From positions 1,824-65,823 of the forward strand of contig JBJTQF010000129.1 in the NCBI GenBank assembly GCA_046075485.1: a stretch of 64,000 nt of DNA, read 5' to 3'. Shown here one piece after another: positions 28,722-37,724 of the stretch (position 1 is its first letter; each line of letters opens with the position of its first letter). The notes beneath the pieces were generated by a model. The model saw only the letters and a list, made by a program, of their open reading frames with translations. It did no database searches and was not told the origin of the DNA. The stretch is from Myxococcota bacterium (lineage in GTDB: Bacteria > Myxococcota_A > UBA796 > JAJRTE01 > JBJTQF01). A program made the position numbers and the translations under genes.

Positions 28722-29879
28722 GTGCTTGTGCTCAGTCCGCGTGTTCGTCTGGGGCTCTTGCTGTCATCGCTGGCCCTGCTTTTGGTGGTCATGTATGCCA
28801 TTCGAGGGGTTTTATTGCCCTTCGTGCTGGCTTTTTTGAGTCTTTATCTGCTCAATCCGCTGGTGGAGCGTCTCACGCGCGTGCAGGTGGGCGCACGTCC
28901 GCTCCCGCGCGCGGTGGCGGTGGCGGTGGTATTGATCGGTGTGTTGGGGCTGCTCGCGGGTATTGTCAGCTACTTGGTGCCCGCGCTGGCTCAGGAGTTC
29001 CGTCCATTCCGGCAGAACCTGCCTCAGTATTATTATCAGCTCGTCAATACGCAGCTTCCCAACCTCATCCACTTTTTGCAGCGCACCGCCAACGAAGCGG
29101 GGCTGGAAATCAACGTGCAAGCAGCCCTCTTGGGCGGGCTGCCGGAGACCTTCAGCTCTGAGAATGGCTTCTTTTTGGTGGGAGAAGTGCAGAAGATCGT
29201 CGGGGGGTTTTTTGGCACCCTCTTCCGCTTTATCTTGGTCTTCATCTTGACCATGTTTTTGCTGCTCGACTGGCCCAAGATCCGAGACATCATCGCCAAC
29301 CTCGTACCGCCTCGATTTCGGCAGGTGCTGGGGGAGCTGGTGAAGTCATTGGATCGGGATCTCAGCGGCTCGATTCGAGGACAGCTCAGCATCTGCGCGA
29401 TCAACTTTGTGCTCACCACCCTTGGATTATGGGTACTTGGCGTAAAATATGCCCTCACGCTGGGGGTCATCGCCGGGGTTTTCTCTATTATTCCGGTCTT
29501 TGGCTCCATCATCAGCACCCTGCCGATTGTGCTGGTGTGCCTGACCGTCTCCATGTGGGATGCCGTCAAAGCCGTCCTGATGATCATCTTTATCCACCTG
29601 ATCGAAGCCAACATCCTCAACCCGAAGGTGATGGGCCATCATGTGGAGCTGCACCCGATCATCATTCTGTTTGCCATCATGGTGGGCGAACATCTGCTGG
29701 GACCGGTGGGCCTGCTGATCGGCGTGCCCATTGTGGCCGCGCTGCGCTCGCTCCTGCTCTTTGTGCTGCAACGCATTGCCGAGAACTCCGGCGAAGAGCC
29801 TCCCGGAGAGGGGGCCAACGCTGCTGCCGGAGTCCGTGAAGCCGCCACCTCTACCACCCCGGCCCCCCTCGCCAATTGA
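28722..29879 (+). CDS. AI-2E family transporter (PerM/YdiK/TqsA-like, UPF0118)
   Basis: GTG start with a GAGAGGGG RBS. About 8 TM helices and typical length. Conserved C-terminal region with ...IPIV... and charged tail. Confidence 0.6.
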   Translation: MLVLSPRVRLGLLLSSLALLLVVMYAIRGVLLPFVLAFLSLYLLNPLVERLTRVQVGARPLPRAVAVAVVLIGVLGLLAGIVSYLVPALAQEFRPFRQNLPQYYYQLVNTQLPNLIHFLQRTANEAGLEINVQAALLGGLPETFSSENGFFLVGEVQKIVGGFFGTLFRFILVFILTMFLLLDWPKIRDIIANLVPPRFRQVLGELVKSLDRDLSGSIRGQLSICAINFVLTTLGLWVLGVKYALTLGVIAGVFSIIPVFGSIISTLPIVLVCLTVSMWDAVKAVLMIIFIHLIEANILNPKVMGHHVELHPIIILFAIMVGEHLLGPVGLLIGVPIVAALRSLLLFVLQRIAENSGEEPPGEGANAAAGVREAATSTTPAPLAN

Positions 29880-30043
29880 CCGTTTCTTCCTACACCCATG
29901 CCCCTGACCGTTTCTTCCTACACCCATGCCCTTTGACCGCTGCTTTCTACACCCATGCCCTTTGAACTGTCCGACTTTTCGGACAGTGTCCGACTTTTCG
30001 GACACTCGGACACCCCCTCGGACACCTGCCCGGACACCTCCCA
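29880..30043. repeat. Cluster of tandem direct repeats and repeated hairpins right after the AI-2E stop: 3 x ~28 bp (ccgtttcttcctacacccatgccc...), 2 x tgtccga-cttt-tcggaca hairpin, 4 x cggacacc
   Basis: Seen in the sequence. The units are contiguous with no spacers, so it is not a CRISPR array. The hairpins may be terminators, or operators for the downstream gene. Confidence 0.75.
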
Positions 30044-30170
30044 TCAAGAGACAGGCCCTCACATGGAGCAAAAAACGTCATACTTCCAATGAGTTACACA
30101 CCATCATGTCCTGGCATGCGGATTGCTCTTTTCTCCGTCAAAGCCCTCAACCTTTACGGAGACATCTACC

Positions 30171-30728
30171 ATGCAGCTCAACCCCAGTGTGCCCTCCCCC
30201 TTTGTGTCAGCGCCTCATGAGGATGGAGCGGAGGCGACCCCGACTTCTCCACCTGCGCCCCGTGCGACACCTGCTCCCGCATATTTGCCTGCTGCGCCAA
30301 CGGCTCCGGTGCTACCGGTGAATTTCCCTGAGCGAAGTGAGCTGATGGCCCTGCTTCAAGCATTGGTGGAAGGACTGGTGGAGCATCCCCAGCTCGTCTG
30401 GGTGGAGGAGCTCCGCAGTCGGGAGCGTCGCGTCTTGGAGGTGCATGTGGCCCCTTCGGATCTCTGTCGGCTGCTCGGCCCGTTTGGCTCTACCTTTCAA
30501 GCCTTAAGGACAGCCCTACGACGCTGCACAGGCCCTCACGAGGAAGGGTATCAGCTTCATCTGATCGGAGACCGACAGGTATGGCACGCCACCTCCGACC
30601 CGGACGACGGTCTGTGGGAATATCCCGAGTGGCTCAACGCCTCCGCAGAAGAGCCCAGGGCGACCGTCGAAAGTTCTAACACCCAGAAGAGCCCATCTGG
30701 TACAGGGACTACCGAGTCAAGATTTTGA
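30171..30728 (+). CDS. KH-domain RNA-binding protein (KhpA-like) with a Pro/Ala-rich N-terminal extension
   Basis: ATG 30171 with a GGAGA RBS. LVEHPQLVWVEELRSRERRVLEVHVAPSDLCRLLGPFGSTFQALRTALR resembles the KhpA/YlqC KH fold (VxExxxxxxxxLxLxVxxxDxGRxIG). Confidence 0.45.
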   Translation: MQLNPSVPSPFVSAPHEDGAEATPTSPPAPRATPAPAYLPAAPTAPVLPVNFPERSELMALLQALVEGLVEHPQLVWVEELRSRERRVLEVHVAPSDLCRLLGPFGSTFQALRTALRRCTGPHEEGYQLHLIGDRQVWHATSDPDDGLWEYPEWLNASAEEPRATVESSNTQKSPSGTGTTESRF

Positions 30729-31036
30729 TATGATGGACGTTTTTCGATGTATGCGCCAAACGTTGCAGGGTTACAATTTCGCCATCGCACTGCGACCACT
30801 CGGAGCGGGGACGCGGCGAGAGCCGTCCACATCTGCATCCCCGGGGCGAAGAACTCAGCCGTATATTCGCTTTGTCTTTGCGCTCCCTTGGAGTATATTC
30901 CACTCCTAAGGGTTCTGTTACTTGGACGGCAAGGGAGCCATACCCCGCCGTCATGGTGTACCGCCTCAAAAGAAAGTGGAGTGTGATAACACGCCCGAAA
31001 CGACCGCGCCACCTCCACCCTCAAGAGAGGCCGCTT

Positions 31037-32089
31037 ATGACATCCCCCTTCAACCCAACTTGGCGTCACCTCAAGAGTGCAGCCTTCTCGCTGGAAGAGA
31101 ACAGCACCGCAGGCCATACCCTTCGTTTTCCACTCTGGGGCCGAGACGTGGAGGTGTATGCCAACGCCAACCTCTCCTTATACAGTGCCCAGCCCTGCAA
31201 TGCCCGCTGTGCGTTCTGTGTCGAGGAGCTACGGCCCGCCTCTCGTGGGACCGCCCTGACCCTTCAAAAGCGCGTGGAATCCGACGATGGACGCTATTTT
31301 GCCCGGCTGGAGGAGACCCTCCGGGCGCTCAAGCCGCTCAACCCCAGTGTGAGCATGACCGGTGGTGAGGTGAGCCTCGACCCTCGACTGCCGCAGATGT
31401 TAAGGCTGGTCAAACAATACGAAGGCCGAAAGCGCACGTTGACCACCAACGGCTCGGGCCTGCTGCGGATACAAGACGGGCAGGACATCTTGCAGCATAT
31501 CCTGGAGGGAGGACTGGCCCATCTCAACATCAGCGTGGCCCATCCTGACCCGGAGCGCAGTGCTCGTCTGATGCGGCTCCCCACGCTCTTGACGGAAGCT
31601 GCGTTGCGGGAGATCGCACAGCGGACACAGGCGGGAGGCACACGGCTCCGGCTCTCCTGCGTCCTGCTGCAAGAAGGCGTGCGGGGACTCGAAGAAATGC
31701 GTCAATATCTGGCATTTGCCACACGGCTGGGCGTGGACAACGTAATCTTTCGACAGCTCATGCAGGTGGACATGAACACCGTAGAAGAGAACTTCGTCAC
31801 CCGCTATTCCGCCCGTCAGCGGGTGATGCTTGAGCCCCTGCTCAACACCCTCGACGAGACCCCGGGCTTTGAGCGCGTGCGCCAAGTGATGGGCTACTAT
31901 TATTATGTGGAGGTCTGGCGGGTGAACGGCATGGACGTGGTGTTTGAAGAAGCCGATCTTGCCAGACTGGAGGAGAGCAAGCGCCTGCATCCCGAGCGCA
32001 TCCATGAGCTGATATTTCATCCAAATGGCAGGTTATGCTCGACGTGGCAGCCGTGGGATGGCGTGCTGGGACCGCCAGAAGTGGCCTGA
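31037..32089 (+). CDS. Radical SAM protein
   Basis: ATG 31037 with an AGAGAGG RBS. CX3CX2C CNARCAFC. SMTGGEVSLDP glycine-rich SAM motif. About 350 aa. Confidence 0.65.
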   Translation: MTSPFNPTWRHLKSAAFSLEENSTAGHTLRFPLWGRDVEVYANANLSLYSAQPCNARCAFCVEELRPASRGTALTLQKRVESDDGRYFARLEETLRALKPLNPSVSMTGGEVSLDPRLPQMLRLVKQYEGRKRTLTTNGSGLLRIQDGQDILQHILEGGLAHLNISVAHPDPERSARLMRLPTLLTEAALREIAQRTQAGGTRLRLSCVLLQEGVRGLEEMRQYLAFATRLGVDNVIFRQLMQVDMNTVEENFVTRYSARQRVMLEPLLNTLDETPGFERVRQVMGYYYYVEVWRVNGMDVVFEEADLARLEESKRLHPERIHELIFHPNGRLCSTWQPWDGVLGPPEVA

Positions 32090-32289
32090 AAAACGTTTAA
32101 TCCGCATGTAGCATTTTTGTCGGGTCGCGGGTTTCATTTCATGAGACGCACCGGGCATCGGAAAGGCGAGGGGTCGTTCCGCCGTAAGAATTGACAGTGG
32201 CTTCAGGCCACTTCATACTAAAGGTGAAGACGAGAGGAAAGATCGTCTCGGTCGTCGAAGGCATCCAACATCAACCTGGAGATTGTATC

Positions 32290-32691
32290 ATGACCAAGCT
32301 GACGGGTACGTTGTTTTCACTGATTGCGCTGGCTTCTGTCGGTTCTACCGCAGAGGCTGCGGTCGTGCGTGGCTCAAACTGCGTGGATATCAAGGCTTCG
32401 CTCACCTGCAAGGGCAATGTGGTCAGTGGGACCGGTACGGTGACAAACTGCTCCACCCGTGCCGATACGTTTTTCCTGAATGCCAAGGCGTACACCCCTT
32501 CCGGCGCGCTGGAAGTGGACGAGAGCCAGACCCTGCCGCTGGGTGCAGGCAAAACCTACACCCTGCCCGTGAACTTTGAGATCTGGTCGGGAACGCAATC
32601 CGGTTCCTGGAAGATCGTGCTGACCGCCGACGCAGAGAAGGGCACCGCCCTCAAGACCTATACCTTTTACCTCACCGCCCCCTGCCCCTGA
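32290..32691 (+). CDS. Small secreted protein (133 aa), unknown function
   Basis: ATG 32290 with a GGAGA RBS. Signal peptide MTKLTGTLFSLIALASVGSTAEA. Five Cys residues. Immediately downstream of the radical SAM gene. Confidence 0.45.
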   Translation: MTKLTGTLFSLIALASVGSTAEAAVVRGSNCVDIKASLTCKGNVVSGTGTVTNCSTRADTFFLNAKAYTPSGALEVDESQTLPLGAGKTYTLPVNFEIWSGTQSGSWKIVLTADAEKGTALKTYTFYLTAPCP

Positions 32692-32749
32692 GCCACCATC
32701 CCCGTCGGGGGTCCAGAGGGGTGAGCGCTCTCCCGCAGACCTCACCCGC

Positions 32750-32812
32750 TCTGAGTCTCAGGCTAAGGCTGAGTCTACGGCTGAGTCTCAGTCTCAGGCT
32801 AAGTCTGAGCCA
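32750..32812. repeat. Tandem repeat (ctgagtctca / ggctaag units) in the convergent intergenic region
   Basis: Seen in the sequence. Confidence 0.6.
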
Positions 32813-34049
32813 GCCCTTGCCCTGCCAGCCATCCCATCGTCCACGCACTCTGAAAGTTGAAGCCCCCCGTCACCCCGTCGATGTCCAGCACCTCTCCCGC
32901 CAGAAAGAGCCCAGGACAGACACGGCTCTCCGCCGTCTTCATCGACACTTCTTTGAGCGTCACCCCACCAGCCGTCACAAACTCCTCTTTAAAGACCCCT
33001 TTCCCCGAGACCTCCAGCGACTGAGCCAGGAGCTGCTGCACCAGCCCCCCCAGCTCCTTGCGCGTCAGCTCCGCCCATTTGCGGTCGAGCGGTACCTCCG
33101 CCCGGGTCAGCAGCCACTCCCACAGGCGCTGAGGCAGGCCCAAGATGCTCTGCGTGGAGACCTGGCGTTTGGGATGTGTCTCACGCTCCGCCTGAAAACG
33201 CCCCCGGAGCCCGTCCTCGTGCCACCCCGGAAGCCAGCTCACCCGCAGGCGCGCGTGATACCCGTGTGTGTGTAAAAAACGAGCGCCCCACGCCGAGAGC
33301 TTCAGCACCGCCGGACCACTCAGCCCCCAGTGGGTGATGAGCAGCGGGCCCTCCTGGACCAGCCCCGCCTCCACCAGCTCCACCCGCGCATGAGGCACCG
33401 CATTTCCCGCGAGCGCATGCAGGGAGGCATCCGCCACCTCAAAGGTAAACAGCGACGGCACCGGCGGCACAATCGAGTGCCCGAGCTGCTGAGCCAGCGC
33501 AAACCCGCCTGAGCCTCCCCCGGTGGCCAGCAGCACCTTCTGCGCGTCAAGCGTCTCACCGTGTATGCTGGTCAGTCGAAAGGAGCCGGTGGGCAGCTTC
33601 TCCAGCCGACTCACCCCCCACTGAGTCTTGACCACCACCCCCGCGTCATCCGCCGCTGCTTGCAGACAGTCGATGATCGAGTCCGACCGATCCGAGACGG
33701 GGAACATGCGCCCGTCCTCCTCAGTCTTGAGCGGAACCCCCCGGGACTCAAAAAACGCCACCACATCGCGAGGCTGAAAGCGGGTGAAGGGCCCCAGCAG
33801 CTCGCGTGCGCCACGCGGATAATGTTTGATCAGGGTCTGAGGCTCAAAACAGGCGTGGGTGACATTACAGCGGCCTCCGCCGGAGATGCGCACTTTGGCG
33901 AGGGGACGCGGGGTTTTCTCGAGCACGATCACCGGACGAGCCGGATTTCGTTCGGCGCAGGTGATGGCCGCAAAATAGCCCGCCGCTCCGGCACCCACAA
34001 TCACCACGGGCAGGTTGGAAAGATCCTCAGCAGGCATGGGTTCAGACAT
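32799..34049 (-). CDS. HI0933/YhiN-like FAD-dependent flavoprotein (aminoacetone-oxidase-family)
   Basis: Rossmann VVIVGAGAAGYFAA. Family-specific ISGGGRCNVTH. Confidence 0.65.
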   Translation of the reverse strand: MSEPMPAEDLSNLPVVIVGAGAAGYFAAITCAERNPARPVIVLEKTPRPLAKVRISGGGRCNVTHACFEPQTLIKHYPRGARELLGPFTRFQPRDVVAFFESRGVPLKTEEDGRMFPVSDRSDSIIDCLQAAADDAGVVVKTQWGVSRLEKLPTGSFRLTSIHGETLDAQKVLLATGGGSGGFALAQQLGHSIVPPVPSLFTFEVADASLHALAGNAVPHARVELVEAGLVQEGPLLITHWGLSGPAVLKLSAWGARFLHTHGYHARLRVSWLPGWHEDGLRGRFQAERETHPKRQVSTQSILGLPQRLWEWLLTRAEVPLDRKWAELTRKELGGLVQQLLAQSLEVSGKGVFKEEFVTAGGVTLKEVSMKTAESRVCPGLFLAGEVLDIDGVTGGFNFQSAWTMGWLAGQGLAQT

Positions 34050-34350
34050 AAAAACTCATCGTAGAAGAAGCAGCACACAACCGACAACGGGGGGCAAGAT
34101 AGCATCCCTGACGACACACAACAAGGCAGGAGCAGCGCCCTCACAGCCGAGCCAGCCATCCGCTGCGGGGGTCGCCCGCGTATGTTCAGCGACACAACCC
34201 GACGGGAGCCCATCAACCAGCGCAAGATCTGTCGCGGCTTCGGACGATCTTGCTTGCAACTCGGTACAGATCCAGCTAAAGCACCCTCGCCGACGAGAAG
34301 TGCTGTCCAGCATCCCGCCGGTTTTTGCATAGAGCTGCCCGTTTTGAACG

Positions 34351-35748
34351 ATGGAGGAACCCGTGTTTTCAAAGACCCTTTGGACCCTGCCCTTGCTGTT
34401 GGGCTTCGGACTTCAGCCCGCGCTGACCGCCGATGGATGTGGCGAGACCACCCCCACCCCCACCCCGGCGCCCACACCGACCCCCGTGCCCGACTCCGAC
34501 TATGCCCGCTTTGTCCAGTATATGGAGGCCCTCCGCGCAACCTCAGACGCCGCCACCCGTGATGCCCTCACCCGAGAGTTCTTCTATACCGTCCAATATT
34601 CCGACGGTTTTCCCATCATTGAGGGCAACAGTGTCACCTTCGTCTACCAAGCCAATGGCGAAGCGGCGGAGCCTTATCGAGTGGCAGGCGATTTTAACAC
34701 CTGGAACGCCACCAGCCACAGCATGGCCAAGATTGCTTCCGATTATAATGTGTACTTCTTGACCGTCACCTTGAGCAATCCGCGCGTGCGCAGCATGTAC
34801 AAGCTGGTGGGCAAGAGTGGTGGCTCCGACCTCTATTATGCCGATCCCAAGTCCCGCCGGTATCAATACGACTCCTATGGGATGTATTCGCTGATCTTCG
34901 GGGGAGGCTCCAGCGAGAAGAGCCACTTGGCGCGGTATCCGCTGATGAAGTCCAGCTTCTTGGACTACGACCGCGATCTGTTTCTCTACCTGCCTCCTGG
35001 TTATGACCAAGAGAGCGAGACCTACCCCGTGCTCTACATGCACGATGGCCAGAACCTGTTTGATCCCAACGCTTTTTACGGCGGCTGGAAGGTCGATCAG
35101 GTGATCGACAACCTGCTCACGCAAGGCAAGATGCGAGAGGTGATCGTGGTGGGCATCGCCAACACCCCCGACCGCATGGATGAATATACCCAAGTGGAAG
35201 ACCTGCTCCCCGCGTATGGTGGGCTGCTCGGCGGTGAAGCCGCCCTCTATGCCCAGCACATCGTGCAGGAGGTCAAGCCCTACATCGACGCACACTATCG
35301 CACCCAAGCGGCACGCGAGAGCACGGGCGTGTTGGGCTCCTCCCTCGGCGGTTTAGTGAGCTTCTACGTCGGCTATGACTATCCCGAGGTGTTCCGCTTT
35401 GTCGGGGGCATGTCGAGCACCTTCGGCTGGGGCAGTCTCAACCTGGACAATCCCACCATGATCGACCTGATCGCGGGGGCCTCCAAGCTGCCGCTGCAAT
35501 ATTATCTCGACAGTGGTGGGGATGACGGCGGTGGCTGCCGTGACAGCGACGGAGACGGCATCAACGACGACAACGCCAATGCCGACGACAACTTCTGCGA
35601 GACGCAGCAGATGTACCAAGTGCTGCAAAACAAAGGTCACACCTCCGCCGACCTGAAGTATGTGACCGTGCTGGGCCAAGAGCATAACGAAGCAAGCTGG
35701 AACAGTCGGCTGCCGCTGGTGCTCACCTACTTCTTTCCGAAGCTCTAA
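34351..35748 (+). CDS. Lipoprotein esterase (putative esterase / enterochelin-esterase-like alpha/beta hydrolase) with an N-terminal beta-sandwich domain
   Basis: Signal plus lipobox LTADGC, Thr/Pro linker. Nucleophile elbow GSSLGG. YMHDGQNLFD typical of the PF00756-like esterase family. Confidence 0.6.
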   Translation: MEEPVFSKTLWTLPLLLGFGLQPALTADGCGETTPTPTPAPTPTPVPDSDYARFVQYMEALRATSDAATRDALTREFFYTVQYSDGFPIIEGNSVTFVYQANGEAAEPYRVAGDFNTWNATSHSMAKIASDYNVYFLTVTLSNPRVRSMYKLVGKSGGSDLYYADPKSRRYQYDSYGMYSLIFGGGSSEKSHLARYPLMKSSFLDYDRDLFLYLPPGYDQESETYPVLYMHDGQNLFDPNAFYGGWKVDQVIDNLLTQGKMREVIVVGIANTPDRMDEYTQVEDLLPAYGGLLGGEAALYAQHIVQEVKPYIDAHYRTQAARESTGVLGSSLGGLVSFYVGYDYPEVFRFVGGMSSTFGWGSLNLDNPTMIDLIAGASKLPLQYYLDSGGDDGGGCRDSDGDGINDDNANADDNFCETQQMYQVLQNKGHTSADLKYVTVLGQEHNEASWNSRLPLVLTYFFPKL

Positions 35749-35751
35749 GCC

Positions 35752-37347
35752 TCATGCGGAGGCGGGTGTTTTGGGATCCTCCGGCGGAGCGGAGCCCTTG
35801 AGCACACGCCCTCCTTGCTCCAGCCCCTCCACGATGCTGCGATAGAGCACCACCCCTTGAGAGAGCAGCCCGCCAATCTCCGGCAGAGCCTGATTTCCGC
35901 CCACATGGGTAAAGCTGATCGGCCCGATATTTCCCTGGAGCGCCCTGGCCAGCTCAGGAAGTCCGGTACTCACCAGGGTCTGAAGGGCTCGACCGGCGGC
36001 AAGGGCGGCTTCCACTTCTCCCCTCGCTCGGAGCTCCTCGAGGGCCAGCCGTTTTTCCTGCTCCTGCATCGCCAGTGCTTGCTGCCGACGCCGAAGTGCC
36101 TGCTGATGTTCCAGCTCTTGCAGGGCCATCCGTGCTTCCAGCTCCAACTTCTCCCGGCTCAGTTTCTGCTCGAGCGCCATGCGTGCGAGCTGCTCTTGTT
36201 CGGAGCGTAGAGTGGCTTCTGCCTGGAGTGCGGCCAGCTCCGTCCGCGCTTCGATGCTGCGGCGAGCCTCTTCCGCCTGTGCGTGGGCGAGGGCTTGGGC
36301 CTGCTCCGCCTGAAGCCGTGCCAGCTTTTGTTCTTGCTCCGCCTGCACTTGCGCCAGGGTCTTCTCTTGTTCTGCTCTCAGCCGTCGCAGCTCTTGCTCC
36401 TTCTGAGCGGTGAGAAGCTGGAGCTGTCGTTCGCGGTCTCGTTCGATGCGCAGGAGAACTTCGGCTTGCTCCAGCTCTTGCTTGCGCCGCTGCACCACAT
36501 TTTGGGTCTCAGCGGCCTTGAGGACTTCGCGGGATTCGGTCTCAGCGGCTTCCGATTCGGCCACCGCTTTGAGTACCCGGGTATCTCGCTGGCCCTGGAT
36601 GGAGGCTTCGGCGACTCGGCGTTCGGTCTCCGCCCGGCGCTCGGCCACTTCTCGCTGACGATCCAGCTCCGCTTTTTCGGCTTGAGTGGCGAGGGTCGCG
36701 CGAAAGGGAGCCTGCATGTCCTTGAAGACCTTCTCGGACAAGATGACCACATCTTGGATCTCGATGGAGTCGAGCACCACGCCCCAGCCCTGGTCGGTTT
36801 CGTCGTCTTTTGCGCCTTTGCCGCTGACCACCGGGGCGATCTCCTGGATCAGAAAATCGGAGATGGTCTCTTTGCGACGGGTGAGGCACTCGTCGATGCT
36901 CAGGTTGGCAATCAAACGCCGCGAAGCCCCGATGAACATTTCTCGCATGGTGTGCGAGAGTTTTTCGCTGGCGCGTTCGGTGAAGCTGAAGTTGAGCACC
37001 CGAAAGGCAAGCAGAGGGTTGACGATGCGATAGACGGCCACCCCGGAGATCTCCACCCCGACCTTCTCGCGGGTCACTTGGTCGGCTTTGAAGTCTACCT
37101 GCTGCAAGCTGGTGGGCACGATGGCCACCGACTGCCAGGGCCACTTAAAGACGGTGGTCCCCTGCCCCGAACGGCGCGGATCGATCTTGCCTCCCCGGAG
37201 ACAGATCAGGTACTCGCTGGGATTGGCGGTGATAAATCCCCAACGTTTTATCTTCTCGGGATCTTCGATGGGTTTACCGGCACGCCAGCCGTCCTGATAA
37301 CGCTCTCGTGACTCTTTGGGGGAAGACTTGGTGGCTTGAGTGACCAT
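35752..37347 (-). CDS. SPFH/band-7 (flotillin-like) protein with a long Glu/Ala-rich coiled coil
   Basis: Trimmed to MVTQATK with an AGGAG RBS. N-terminal SPFH-like region followed by about 200 aa of EA-rich heptads (AEQEKTLAQVQAEQEQKLARLQAEQAQALAHAQAEEARR). Confidence 0.55.
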   Translation of the reverse strand: MVTQATKSSPKESRERYQDGWRAGKPIEDPEKIKRWGFITANPSEYLICLRGGKIDPRRSGQGTTVFKWPWQSVAIVPTSLQQVDFKADQVTREKVGVEISGVAVYRIVNPLLAFRVLNFSFTERASEKLSHTMREMFIGASRRLIANLSIDECLTRRKETISDFLIQEIAPVVSGKGAKDDETDQGWGVVLDSIEIQDVVILSEKVFKDMQAPFRATLATQAEKAELDRQREVAERRAETERRVAEASIQGQRDTRVLKAVAESEAAETESREVLKAAETQNVVQRRKQELEQAEVLLRIERDRERQLQLLTAQKEQELRRLRAEQEKTLAQVQAEQEQKLARLQAEQAQALAHAQAEEARRSIEARTELAALQAEATLRSEQEQLARMALEQKLSREKLELEARMALQELEHQQALRRRQQALAMQEQEKRLALEELRARGEVEAALAAGRALQTLVSTGLPELARALQGNIGPISFTHVGGNQALPEIGGLLSQGVVLYRSIVEGLEQGGRVLKGSAPPEDPKTPASA

Positions 37348-37612
37348 GCACAGCTCCTGGGGTTTTATCTCAATCCTGCCACGCCAGAAGAGCAGCGGGC
37401 CGGATTGTGGGCTTGTTTGAGGCATTTGGCTCGCCGTCTGTGGGAGCGCATACTCAAAATTGCATGTGTCATGCCAGCAAAAAATAGGCAGGAGGGACTG
37501 GAAAAAATGCCTTCAGCGCCCGCCGAAGGTGCCGAGTCGGGGCAACATGCGCCAGCGGAGGGCAGGAGAGGTGCATCATTTTGGGGCAGGTGCTCGATAA
37601 CGGTGCAGCACT

Positions 37613-37680
37613 CGCGCATCACGTAGGTACGCGCATCACGCCGGTACGCGCATCACGTAGGTACGCGCATCACTCAGGTA
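37613..37680. repeat. 4 x 17-bp tandem direct repeat (cgcgcatcacg(t/c)(a/c)ggta) downstream of glgC and upstream of the flotillin-like gene
   Basis: Seen in the sequence. Confidence 0.75.
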
Positions 37681-37724
37681 CGGCAGCAGGCGCTCGTGGA
37701 AGGCGACAGCAGGCAGGCGCAGGC

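Noticed and set aside
29880-30043. Possible CRISPR array near the AI-2E gene
   Set aside because: The repeat units are directly contiguous (no unique spacers) and heterogeneous in length. No leader or cas genes are adjacent.
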